Origin: Archaeoglobus fulgidus DSM 4304
GTDB lineage: Archaea; Halobacteriota; Archaeoglobi; Archaeoglobales; Archaeoglobaceae
NCBI RefSeq assembly: GCF_000008665.1
Contig: NC_000917.1
Location: forward strand, 1,110,001 to 1,142,000
Reading direction: 5' to 3'
Length of the DNA: 32,000 nucleotides
Shown in pieces: positions 17,814-24,879 of this stretch (its first letter is position 1; every line of letters starts with the position of its first letter). The notes below the pieces were generated by a model. That model worked only from the letters and a program-made list of their open reading frames with translations. It did not search any database and was not told the origin of the DNA. The position numbers and the translations under genes are program-made.

Positions 17814-18569
17814 ATGGAGGAGCTGCTGAGAAGGCTGGAAGAGATGAGCAGGAAAATTGATGTTTTGCAGGACAGCATGATGAGCCTTGCAACGGCAGTT
17901 GAAATGCTTGCAGAGAGAGAAGGTGAGAGGGAGTTTCTTGCTGAGCTTAAAGCTGCTGTAAAGAGCGAAAAAAGCAGAATAGAGCACTTGAGCCCTGAAA
18001 GCTGCAAGCTCAGGGACTTCTGCCTCTCAAGAGTCAATAAAGCCACATCGAAGGTTATAAGGGTTTACTCTGAAAAGGGGGCTGAGGAGGCACTTGAAGA
18101 GGTGAAAAAGCACAAAGAAGCGGTAGAGAAGCATTTGGAATCTTCACTATGCCCCGACAAGAACTGCATGCAGAGCATGGTGGACACCTTCGAAACGCTT
18201 GAAAACCTCATAAAGCACTCCTTGGAAATTTCAGAGCAGAGGAGGACAATTCTGAGGCGCTGGAATAGCATTGAGGAAATAGATGAGGAGGCTGTTGCAA
18301 AGCTGCTATCCCCGCTATCCAATCCGATAAGAATCAGAATACTGAAGGCCCTCGCAAAGGGTGGGAAGAGCTACGCGGAGCTTGAAAGGGCTGTTGGAAT
18401 TAAGGGAGGGCATCTGCAGTTCCATCTGCGGAATCTGATGGAGGCTGGCTACATAACTCAGGAAACTCTGAGGAGAAGATATATAATCACCCACAGCGGT
18501 TTGAAGGTTTTAAACTGTCTGGTTGAGTTAAGGGACGCTATGGGGATCGTGGTGGCTTCCAGAAGATAA
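17814..18569 (+). CDS. ArsR-family winged-HTH regulator with a long N-terminal coiled-coil, Cys-pair domain
   Basis: C-terminal LSNPIRIRILKALAKGGKSYAELERAVGIKGGHLQFHLRNLMEAGYI is an ArsR HTH. The N-terminal ~165 aa are helical with CX5C and CX4C pairs. ATG 17814 sits about 25 nt from a TTTATATA box, suggesting a leaderless transcript. The ORF track starts at GTG 17799. Confidence 0.8.
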   Translation: MEELLRRLEEMSRKIDVLQDSMMSLATAVEMLAEREGEREFLAELKAAVKSEKSRIEHLSPESCKLRDFCLSRVNKATSKVIRVYSEKGAEEALEEVKKHKEAVEKHLESSLCPDKNCMQSMVDTFETLENLIKHSLEISEQRRTILRRWNSIEEIDEEAVAKLLSPLSNPIRIRILKALAKGGKSYAELERAVGIKGGHLQFHLRNLMEAGYITQETLRRRYIITHSGLKVLNCLVELRDAMGIVVASRR

Positions 18570-18574
18570 AAAAA
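18568..18574 (-). terminator. Oligo-T terminator candidate for the MBL hydrolase gene
   Basis: T7 on the minus strand, 5 nt after the stop. It lies in the 10-nt gap shared with the convergent regulator gene. Confidence 0.4.
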
Positions 18575-18579
18575 GGAAA

Positions 18580-19275
18580 TTACTTGTTGAACTCGTAGCT
18601 CTCTCCCGGCTTTAGAATCACAACTTCGACATCCAGCCCCTTCGCCTTCACAGCCTTTCTGAAGTCCTCTGGGTCCTTCTCGACCAGCGGGAAGGTGTTG
18701 TAGTGCATCGGTATCGCTACTTTGGGCTTAACAAGCTCCAAAGCCTTAACGGCTCCGGCAATACCCATGGTGTAGTAGTCTCCGATGGGCAGAAGCATCA
18801 CATCTGGCCTGTGGAGCTCTCCGATTAGCTGCATGTCCAGAAAGACATCCGTGTCGCCAGTGTGGTAAACTCTCACGCCATCCATTGAGACGATAAAGCC
18901 CGCTGGAAGGCCAGCGCTTATTATGTTCCCCTGCTCGTCTTCCAAATCTGCTGAATGCCAGGCTGGAACCATTGTAACTGCAATGCTTCCCGTTCTCGCA
19001 GTCCCACCCATGTTCATTCCCATAGTTTCGACATCATACCTCGAAAGAATTCTCGAAAGCTCGTGAATGCAGATTATGGGGGCGTTGTTTCTCTTGGCAA
19101 TCTCAACCGCATCTCCAAGATGGTCTCCGTGGCCGTGGGTTACGAGGATGTAATCCGCCTTGACTTCTTCAGGCTTTACGGGAGCGTTGGGATTTCCCGT
19201 GAGGAAGGGGTCAATCAGCACCTTCATGCTTCCCTCAAGCAAAAAGGCCGCGTGTCCCAACCATGTTATTTTCAT
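18580..19275 (-). CDS. Metallo-beta-lactamase-fold metal-dependent hydrolase (UPF0173 type)
   Basis: MKITWLGHAAF...ILVTHGHGDHLGD motif and downstream His/Asp ligands. Confidence 0.85.
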   Translation of the reverse strand: MKITWLGHAAFLLEGSMKVLIDPFLTGNPNAPVKPEEVKADYILVTHGHGDHLGDAVEIAKRNNAPIICIHELSRILSRYDVETMGMNMGGTARTGSIAVTMVPAWHSADLEDEQGNIISAGLPAGFIVSMDGVRVYHTGDTDVFLDMQLIGELHRPDVMLLPIGDYYTMGIAGAVKALELVKPKVAIPMHYNTFPLVEKDPEDFRKAVKAKGLDVEVVILKPGESYEFNK

Positions 19276-19377
19276 AGGTATTAATCTTCAGAAGTAAATT
19301 TAACGTTTTTTGGAGCTTGAAAAGTAATTTCAATTTTGTGAGAAAAATTATTTTAGCTATCAACTGATTTTCGATAC

Positions 19378-19887
19378 ATGGAGTTGACCACACCTGAAAG
19401 AGTTCTGTTTGAGACTGAGGTTTACGAGATCGACGATGACCTCAAGGTTAAGAGAGGGAATGTTAAGATAACGGAAAGCAGAATAATGTTCAGAAGCAAC
19501 GGAAACGCAAAGCTCCTCTACATTTCGGGAATACAGATGGTTGAAATCAAGAAGGAGAACAGGTGGGGATTTTTTGCGGGAGGTTTAATCTTTCTCGTCA
19601 GCTCGGCGATAATGTATCTTCTCGGGCTGGAATTCGGCGTCGGCAGTTTCACCTCAGCTTTAATGCTATTCGTCCTTCCAACTGCGTTCCTGTTCGTTTC
19701 CCTGCTCCTCCTCTACTGGTGGTTCGTTACGAGGTCGTACCTGCTCGACATGCATACGAACTTTGGGAGAAAGCTTAGAATTAGGAGCAAAAGCAAAGAA
19801 GACCTCTACGAAATCGCAAACGCGGTAGAACTCGTGAAGATGGGTGCTGTTAGGATGCTGCAGAGGAAGGAGAGGCAATTCGTTTAA
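19378..19887 (+). CDS. Hypothetical membrane protein (soluble N-domain plus two TM helices)
   Basis: ATG start and two clear hydrophobic helices (FFAGGLIFLVSSAIMYLLGL and LMLFVLPTAFLFVSLLLLYWWF). No family recognised. Confidence 0.55.
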   Translation: MELTTPERVLFETEVYEIDDDLKVKRGNVKITESRIMFRSNGNAKLLYISGIQMVEIKKENRWGFFAGGLIFLVSSAIMYLLGLEFGVGSFTSALMLFVLPTAFLFVSLLLLYWWFVTRSYLLDMHTNFGRKLRIRSKSKEDLYEIANAVELVKMGAVRMLQRKERQFV

Positions 19888-19893
19888 GCTATA

Positions 19894-19898
19894 TTTTT
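19894..19898 (+). terminator. Oligo-T terminator candidate after 19378-19887
   Basis: T5, 6 nt after the TAA. Confidence 0.3.
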
Positions 19899-20019
19899 GT
19901 CCATAAGTAACTTGGGAAGATACAATTTTGGCAGATAGATAGCCACGTAGACGCTGAAATAATTATTGAAGGCGCCCCTGTGGAAAAAAATGAGGCATTC
20001 AGAGAATTTTAATCCAATA

Positions 20020-20040
20020 ACTTGAGGTAATGCTTCAAGT
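20020..20040. other. 8-bp stem / TAAT-loop hairpin in the non-coding stretch
   Basis: ACTTGAGG-TAAT-GCTTCAAGT (one G-T/G-U pair). GCTTCAAG recurs at 20053-20060 and is followed by T5. Confidence 0.4.
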
Positions 20041-20726
20041 ACTCCAATTCAGGCTTCAAGACTTTTTCGGGCAAAGGCATCAAAAAGGCTCAATCCCCAC
20101 TTCACAGCACCACCAGACACTTAAAAGGACACAGTTCATATCGTAAACTCCTTTTTTGTCGGGTAAAGCCAAGCAGAGTAAGGTGTCGGTGGTTATACAA
20201 ACGAGCCTCGATTTGCAGAGCCCGACCCTTCTCTGGCAAGTTTCTCTGCTTATTCTGCGAAAGACCTCTTGTGAAGCTATAATATAAATGCTTTCAATAC
20301 TTCATCGACAATGTAGGGCAACCAGAACCCTATTACGGCTTTAACCCATTTCGCTGTGATAATTGTTGTGGCTGTTGCAGCCCTCGCGATGTACGGTGGA
20401 ACCTGCGGAGCCTGTGCGGTGCTAGCATGTAACTGGAACGTTAGGGAGTGCGGGATAATCTGGAAGAACCTTTTTGAAGTAAAAAAATAAACTGTGTATG
20501 CAAGTGACAAGACTTTCATTTATTTTAAGGTTTTACTTCAGGATCCAGCCTACCTGCTGCCGCTCGGACTATCGCCTCTTTTGAGCTATATTGCATTTCA
20601 GATTAGGAATTTACCGGAACCACTTTATTCATATACCATCACACTAACATTAACGGTTTTAGCCCAATTTGCCTGAACTCATTCAATGCTGCTAAATCGC
20701 TAAAGCTGCGCTTCACCCCGAGCAGT

Positions 20727-21389
20727 TTGAAACTCCTGCTATTGGATTTGCTATCGGCCCTTCCTCTGATTTTACCTTTAATTATCGCAGTAAAACCTCC
20801 AGAGTTGCTGCTCATAGTAGTGGTCTCAGCGATTTCAACGGTTTTGTACGTTTTGATACCTTTTCTTGTTTTTTTGTTTAGAAGAATCGATGCCCGTGCA
20901 ATTATGGTGAGTGGAATTGCGTTCTATCCTTTCCATCTGTTTCTGCCAATGATTGTGGTTTTCATCACAGGCATACCTTTAATCCTGAAGTCAAAGGGTG
21001 TTTACATAACATTAGACGGAATCGGTATGGAGAATCCTGACTTCTCAGATGCGCTTCTGGTCATCGATACAATGCTGTTCCAGATAATGCTGCTGCAACC
21101 TTTTATAACCCTCATCTACTCCAGAGGTGTTGATTTGAAAATTCAAGACGTTAGATTAATCTTGGGAACACCATTAAGACGCAGGATTCTTTCATCACTT
21201 TTTGCCTTTGTGATTGCAGGAATTGCACTACCTGAAATTGTTCTGCTGAATTTCTCCGGTATTTTGCATGTAGACTATCTGTTCTTCGTCCACCTTATCG
21301 CATCCTCCGTCTTTGCAAATTTACTTGTGCCTTCTGACTCCAGCAAGACATCCCTTGTAGTTTTTTATCTTTGGGTGTATATTTCCTAA
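20727..21389 (+). CDS. Hypothetical polytopic membrane protein, possibly the permease partner of the decayed ABC ATPase
   Basis: 220-aa hydrophobic ORF. The only start candidates are TTG (20727, 20742) or an internal GTG; the first ATG is at codon 60. The upstream in-frame sequence has no start codon. It may itself be decaying. Confidence 0.45.
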   Translation: MKLLLLDLLSALPLILPLIIAVKPPELLLIVVVSAISTVLYVLIPFLVFLFRRIDARAIMVSGIAFYPFHLFLPMIVVFITGIPLILKSKGVYITLDGIGMENPDFSDALLVIDTMLFQIMLLQPFITLIYSRGVDLKIQDVRLILGTPLRRRILSSLFAFVIAGIALPEIVLLNFSGILHVDYLFFVHLIASSVFANLLVPSDSSKTSLVVFYLWVYIS

Positions 21390-21482
21390 TCGTTTTCAGT
21401 TTTCCACCAGTACTTGATGCAATCCTGCCCATAATACTTGTTGCCTTTTACGATGCTGATATCAAAGTAAAGAGGTGTTGGA

Positions 21483-22019
21483 ATGAATGCCTATCTAAGA
21501 TTGGGTAGCAGTATCTTGAGAAGTAGGATATTCTGGATGCTGCAGATAGCGTTCTTACCAATTTTTTACTGGTTTGATTTCTGGTGGAAATTCGAGAAAG
21601 AAAAAGGAGATTTTTTACCTTACGGAGAAGATTGACGTGCCCGAGCAGATAACCACAAAAGACTATGTGCTAGTTTATGGTGCTCTGTACGGTCTGAATA
21701 AACAAAGAACCTTAGTTAGGATGATGGAAGCCCTTGAGCTTTTTGGATTGGGCAGCATTACAGATTGCAAGCTCTCTCACCTCTCACAGGGACAGAGAAG
21801 AATGGTGCAGCTCTCCGTCGCCTATATTTTGCAGCGCAAAGTATAAATCTCCTTGACGATCCTCTGGTTGGGATAGACAGTAGAAAATTTCCTGTTAAAG
21901 GGTTCTTTTCTGTGATCAGCGAGTACGGTGTGGTGGTCATTGCAGACAGAGACGAGAGTTCGTGGGATTTCGTTGAAAAAAGAATTGACTTTTCCGAGTT
22001 CCCTCTAATTGAATCGTAA
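21483..22019 (+). pseudogene. ABC transporter ATP-binding protein, degraded (P-loop region missing, at least two frame changes)
   Basis: The signature LSHLSQGQRR is in frame 1 (21574-21846). Walker B-type LLDDPLVGID and the C-terminal region are in frame 3 (21765-22019). An N-terminal fragment (ILRSRIFW...) is in frame 3 (from 21483). I found no GxxGxGKT/S motif in any frame. Confidence 0.75.
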
Positions 22020-22021
22020 CC

Positions 22022-22046
22022 GTTATAAGTTGCACCGTTGCGCAAC
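22022..22046 (+). promoter_or_regulatory. Putative promoter/operator of the arsR-like/pur/car string
   Basis: TTATAA at 22023-22028. GTTGC (22029-22033) is followed by the perfect 10-nt palindrome GTTGCGCAAC (22037-22046). The ATG is at 22053. Confidence 0.45.
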
Positions 22047-22052
22047 CAAACA

Positions 22053-22331
22053 ATGCCAGACGAGAAGCTTGCGAGAGCCCTGAGGGCGAGGATTAGAAGG
22101 AGAATTTTGAAGACAATAATAGATTCAGGGGAGCTGAGCGTTACGGAGATTTCGGAAAGGCTGGGAATCGGGAAGTACAGCGCATCAAAGCATTTGAAGC
22201 TGCTCTACGATTTGGGTCTGGTTAACGCCAGAGAGGACCCACCGAGAAAGTTATATTATGTCTCAATTCCTGAGCTTAAGGAACTGCTTGAGGCTTACGA
22301 TAAGGTTGTTGAGGCAATTTCGAAGAGGTGA
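22053..22331 (+). CDS. Small ArsR-family winged-HTH transcription regulator
   Basis: RRRILKTIIDSGELSVTEISERLGIGKYSASKHLKLLYDLGLV. ATG 22053 lies about 25 nt from a TTATAA box. The ORF-track start TTG 22038 lies inside a palindrome. Confidence 0.8.
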   Translation: MPDEKLARALRARIRRRILKTIIDSGELSVTEISERLGIGKYSASKHLKLLYDLGLVNAREDPPRKLYYVSIPELKELLEAYDKVVEAISKR

Positions 22332-22335
22332 AGGG

Positions 22336-22800
22336 ATGAAGGCGGTAATAATTATGGGTTCGAAATCTGACCTGGATTACTCGAAGAAGATAGCTTCAAA
22401 GCTCGCAGATTTTGGCATTGATGCTGTAATGAGAATCGCTTCAGCCCACAAAACTCCCGAGAAGGTTCTGGAAATCATAAAGGAGTACGAGAAGGAGGAT
22501 GTGGTCTTCGTCACCGTAGCGGGAAGGAGCAACGCTCTGAGCGGTTTTGTTGACGCAAACACCTCAAAGCCGGTAATAGCGTCTCCCCCCTACAGCGACA
22601 AGTTTGGAGGGGCAGACATCTTCTCAAGCATAAGGATGCCTTCAGGCGTTGCGCCAATGCTCGTTCTTGAGGCTGAGAACGCTGCCTTAGCGGTTGCAAA
22701 GATTTTCGCTCTTAAGGATGAGGGGGTCAGGGAGAAAGTTGTCCAGTTCCAGGAGAACAAGAGGAGAGAAATTTATAAAGCGGATGAGGAACTGAGGTGA
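22336..22800 (+). CDS. purE: PurE, class II-like (AIR carboxylase type)
   Basis: MGSKSD, SAHKTP and AGRSNALSG motifs. ATG 22336 follows GAGGTGA. The longer ORF from 22258 overlaps the regulator gene. Confidence 0.9.
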   Translation: MKAVIIMGSKSDLDYSKKIASKLADFGIDAVMRIASAHKTPEKVLEIIKEYEKEDVVFVTVAGRSNALSGFVDANTSKPVIASPPYSDKFGGADIFSSIRMPSGVAPMLVLEAENAALAVAKIFALKDEGVREKVVQFQENKRREIYKADEELR

Positions 22801-22804
22801 TTGG

Positions 22805-23800
22805 ATGGGGAGTGTTAAGGATTTGGTAGTTCTCAAAGAACCCGCTGAGAAGCCCGGACTTGGAAGGTTCATCTTCTCAAACCGCTATTCGGTTTTCGAC
22901 TACGGGGAGATGCCAGATAAAATAGAGGATAAGGGAAGGGCTCTCTGCATGGTCACAGCCTACTTCTTCGAAAAGCTTGAGGAGGCCGGCATAGCAACGC
23001 ACTACCTCGGTTTGGTTGAAGGAGGGAAGGTGAGGAGGTTCGATGAGGTTGAGAATGCAGTAAATGAGATGGAAGTTAAGCTTGTTAGGGTTATTAAACC
23101 GAAAAACGGGGATTACAGCATCTTCAAAACCTTAAAGGGAAACTTCCTCGTCCCGCTTGAGATAATATACCGCAACAGCATTCCCGAAGGCTCCTCTCTC
23201 CTGAGGAGAATAGAGAGAGGAGAAGCCAAACCAGAGGATTTTGGCCTAACGAAAATTGAGGCGGGAATGAGGCTTGAAAGGCCAATTGTGGACTTCAGCA
23301 CCAAGCTTGAAGATGTTGACCGCTATCTGAGCCATTCCGAAGCAAAGGAAATTTCTGGACTGAGCGATGAGGAGTTTGAAGCTCTCAAGGAGCTCGTTGT
23401 TAAGGTTGATGAGATTATAACGAGGGAAGTTTCGAAAGCGGGACTGATAAACGAGGACGGAAAGATTGAGGTTGCCCTTGACGATGAAAGAAACCTCATG
23501 GTTGTCGATGCCGTAGGCACTCCTGACGAGTGCAGGTTCAGCTTTGACGGCTTTGAGGTGAGCAAGGAGCTTTTGAGGGAGTACTACCGCAAAACGGAGT
23601 GGTATGATAAAGTCAGGCAGCTTAAGGGGCAGGAGGGATGGAGGGAGGCTGTGGGCTTACCGCCCCCACTTCCTGATGAAGTCAGAGAGGGAGTTTCCAA
23701 CCTCTACAGGGCCTTCTGCAATGAGGTTACTGGCAGGAAGTTTTTCGATGCGCCAAAGCTTAAGGAGGTTGTTTCTCAGCTTAAAGAGGTGCTGGAATGA
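22805..23800 (+). CDS. purC: SAICAR synthetase
   Basis: N-terminal GSVKDL...NRYSVFDYG and overall PurC-like sequence. GAGGTGAT lies upstream of the ATG. Confidence 0.88.
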   Translation: MGSVKDLVVLKEPAEKPGLGRFIFSNRYSVFDYGEMPDKIEDKGRALCMVTAYFFEKLEEAGIATHYLGLVEGGKVRRFDEVENAVNEMEVKLVRVIKPKNGDYSIFKTLKGNFLVPLEIIYRNSIPEGSSLLRRIERGEAKPEDFGLTKIEAGMRLERPIVDFSTKLEDVDRYLSHSEAKEISGLSDEEFEALKELVVKVDEIITREVSKAGLINEDGKIEVALDDERNLMVVDAVGTPDECRFSFDGFEVSKELLREYYRKTEWYDKVRQLKGQEGWREAVGLPPPLPDEVREGVSNLYRAFCNEVTGRKFFDAPKLKEVVSQLKEVLE

Positions 23801-24873
23801 AGGCCGCTTTGGCTTTGGAGGATGGGACGTATCTCGAAGGTAAGGCCTTCGGGGCGGAGAGGGGTGGGCTGGGCGAGATAGTCTTCTGCACCTCCATGAC
23901 GGGCTACGTTGAAGCTCTAACTGACCCAAGCTACAAGGGGCAGATTCTGATGATGACCTACCCGCTCATAGGCAACTACGGAGTGAACAGGGAAGATTTT
24001 GAGAGCGATGGGGTCAAGGTTGAGGGATTTGTGGTTAAGGAGCTCTGCAAGAATCCGAGCAACTGGAGAAGCGAGATGAGCGTTGATGAGCTGCTGAAGC
24101 AGTACGACGTTCCGGGGATAGAGGGAGTTGACACAAGAATGCTTACCAGAAAGATAAGAATTTACGGCTCCATGAAGGCTGCAATTGGCATAGGGGACGT
24201 TGACAGGGAGAAGCTTGTCAGAAAGGCGGTTGAGCAGCCCTTTATAAGCGACATTGACCTTGTGGATAAGGTCTGCGTGAAGGAGGCAAAGAGGTTTGAG
24301 TCAGATGGCGATTTGGAGGTTGTGCTTGTAGATTGCGGGGTTAAGATGAGCATAGTCAGGCAGCTGCTGAAGAGGGGCGTGAATCTCACAGTTGTCCCTT
24401 ACGATTTTCCTGCAGAAAAGATTAAGGAGATGAATCCAGACGGAGTTTTCATCTCCAACGGTCCTGGGGATCCGGCAAGGGTTAAGCCCACAATCGAGAC
24501 GATAAGGAAGCTCGCCGGGCAGATTCCGATGGCGGGCATATGCCTTGGCCATCAACTTACAGCCCTTGCTCTTGGGGCAAAGACCTTCAAGCTCAAGTTT
24601 GGCCACCACGGCAGTAACCAGCCAGTAAAGGATTTTGAGACGGGGAGAGTTTTCATCTCCAGCCAGAACCACAACTTTGCCGTTGACACAAAAACCCTCC
24701 CCAAGGAGTTTGAGGTCACACAAATCAACCTGAACGACCACACGGTTGAGGGGATGGTTCACAAGGATTTCCCGCTCATAACTGTTCAGTATCACCCCGA
24801 AGCGGGGCCGGGCCCCCATGACACCTACTTCTTCTTCGACAGGTATGTGGATATGCTGAGAGAATACAGGTGA
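23797..24873 (+). CDS. carA: Carbamoyl-phosphate synthase small (glutaminase) subunit
   Basis: LEDGTYLEGKAFGA N-terminus, GICLGHQL nucleophile and QYHPEAGPGPHD. ATGA overlap with purC. Confidence 0.95.
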   Translation: MKAALALEDGTYLEGKAFGAERGGLGEIVFCTSMTGYVEALTDPSYKGQILMMTYPLIGNYGVNREDFESDGVKVEGFVVKELCKNPSNWRSEMSVDELLKQYDVPGIEGVDTRMLTRKIRIYGSMKAAIGIGDVDREKLVRKAVEQPFISDIDLVDKVCVKEAKRFESDGDLEVVLVDCGVKMSIVRQLLKRGVNLTVVPYDFPAEKIKEMNPDGVFISNGPGDPARVKPTIETIRKLAGQIPMAGICLGHQLTALALGAKTFKLKFGHHGSNQPVKDFETGRVFISSQNHNFAVDTKTLPKEFEVTQINLNDHTVEGMVHKDFPLITVQYHPEAGPGPHDTYFFFDRYVDMLREYR

Positions 24874-24879
24874 TGGTTA

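Larger units (their letters stand above)
19888..22019. other. AT-richer, poorly coding segment containing degraded transporter genes
   Basis: About 840 nt have no convincing ORF, followed by a membrane ORF without an ATG start and a broken ABC ATPase. Hand counts of sampled 60-nt lines give 20-29 G+C, against 35-37 in sampled argF and carB lines. Confidence 0.6.

Noticed and set aside
20049-20082. Minus-strand TGATGC...CCTGA as a possible C/D-box sRNA.
   Set aside because: The C box is imperfect, only about 24 nt separate the boxes, and there are no C'/D' boxes or terminal stem.
19888-22019. Calling the AT-rich segment a mobile element or provirus.
   Set aside because: I found no integrase, transposase, terminal inverted repeats, flanking direct repeats or tRNA target. 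It is reported only as an anomalous, decaying segment.
22258-22335. N-terminal extension of purE, from the ORF-track start at 22258.
   Set aside because: The extension overlaps the regulator gene in another frame. ATG 22336 follows a consensus SD and gives the canonical MK..I.MGSKSD N-terminus.
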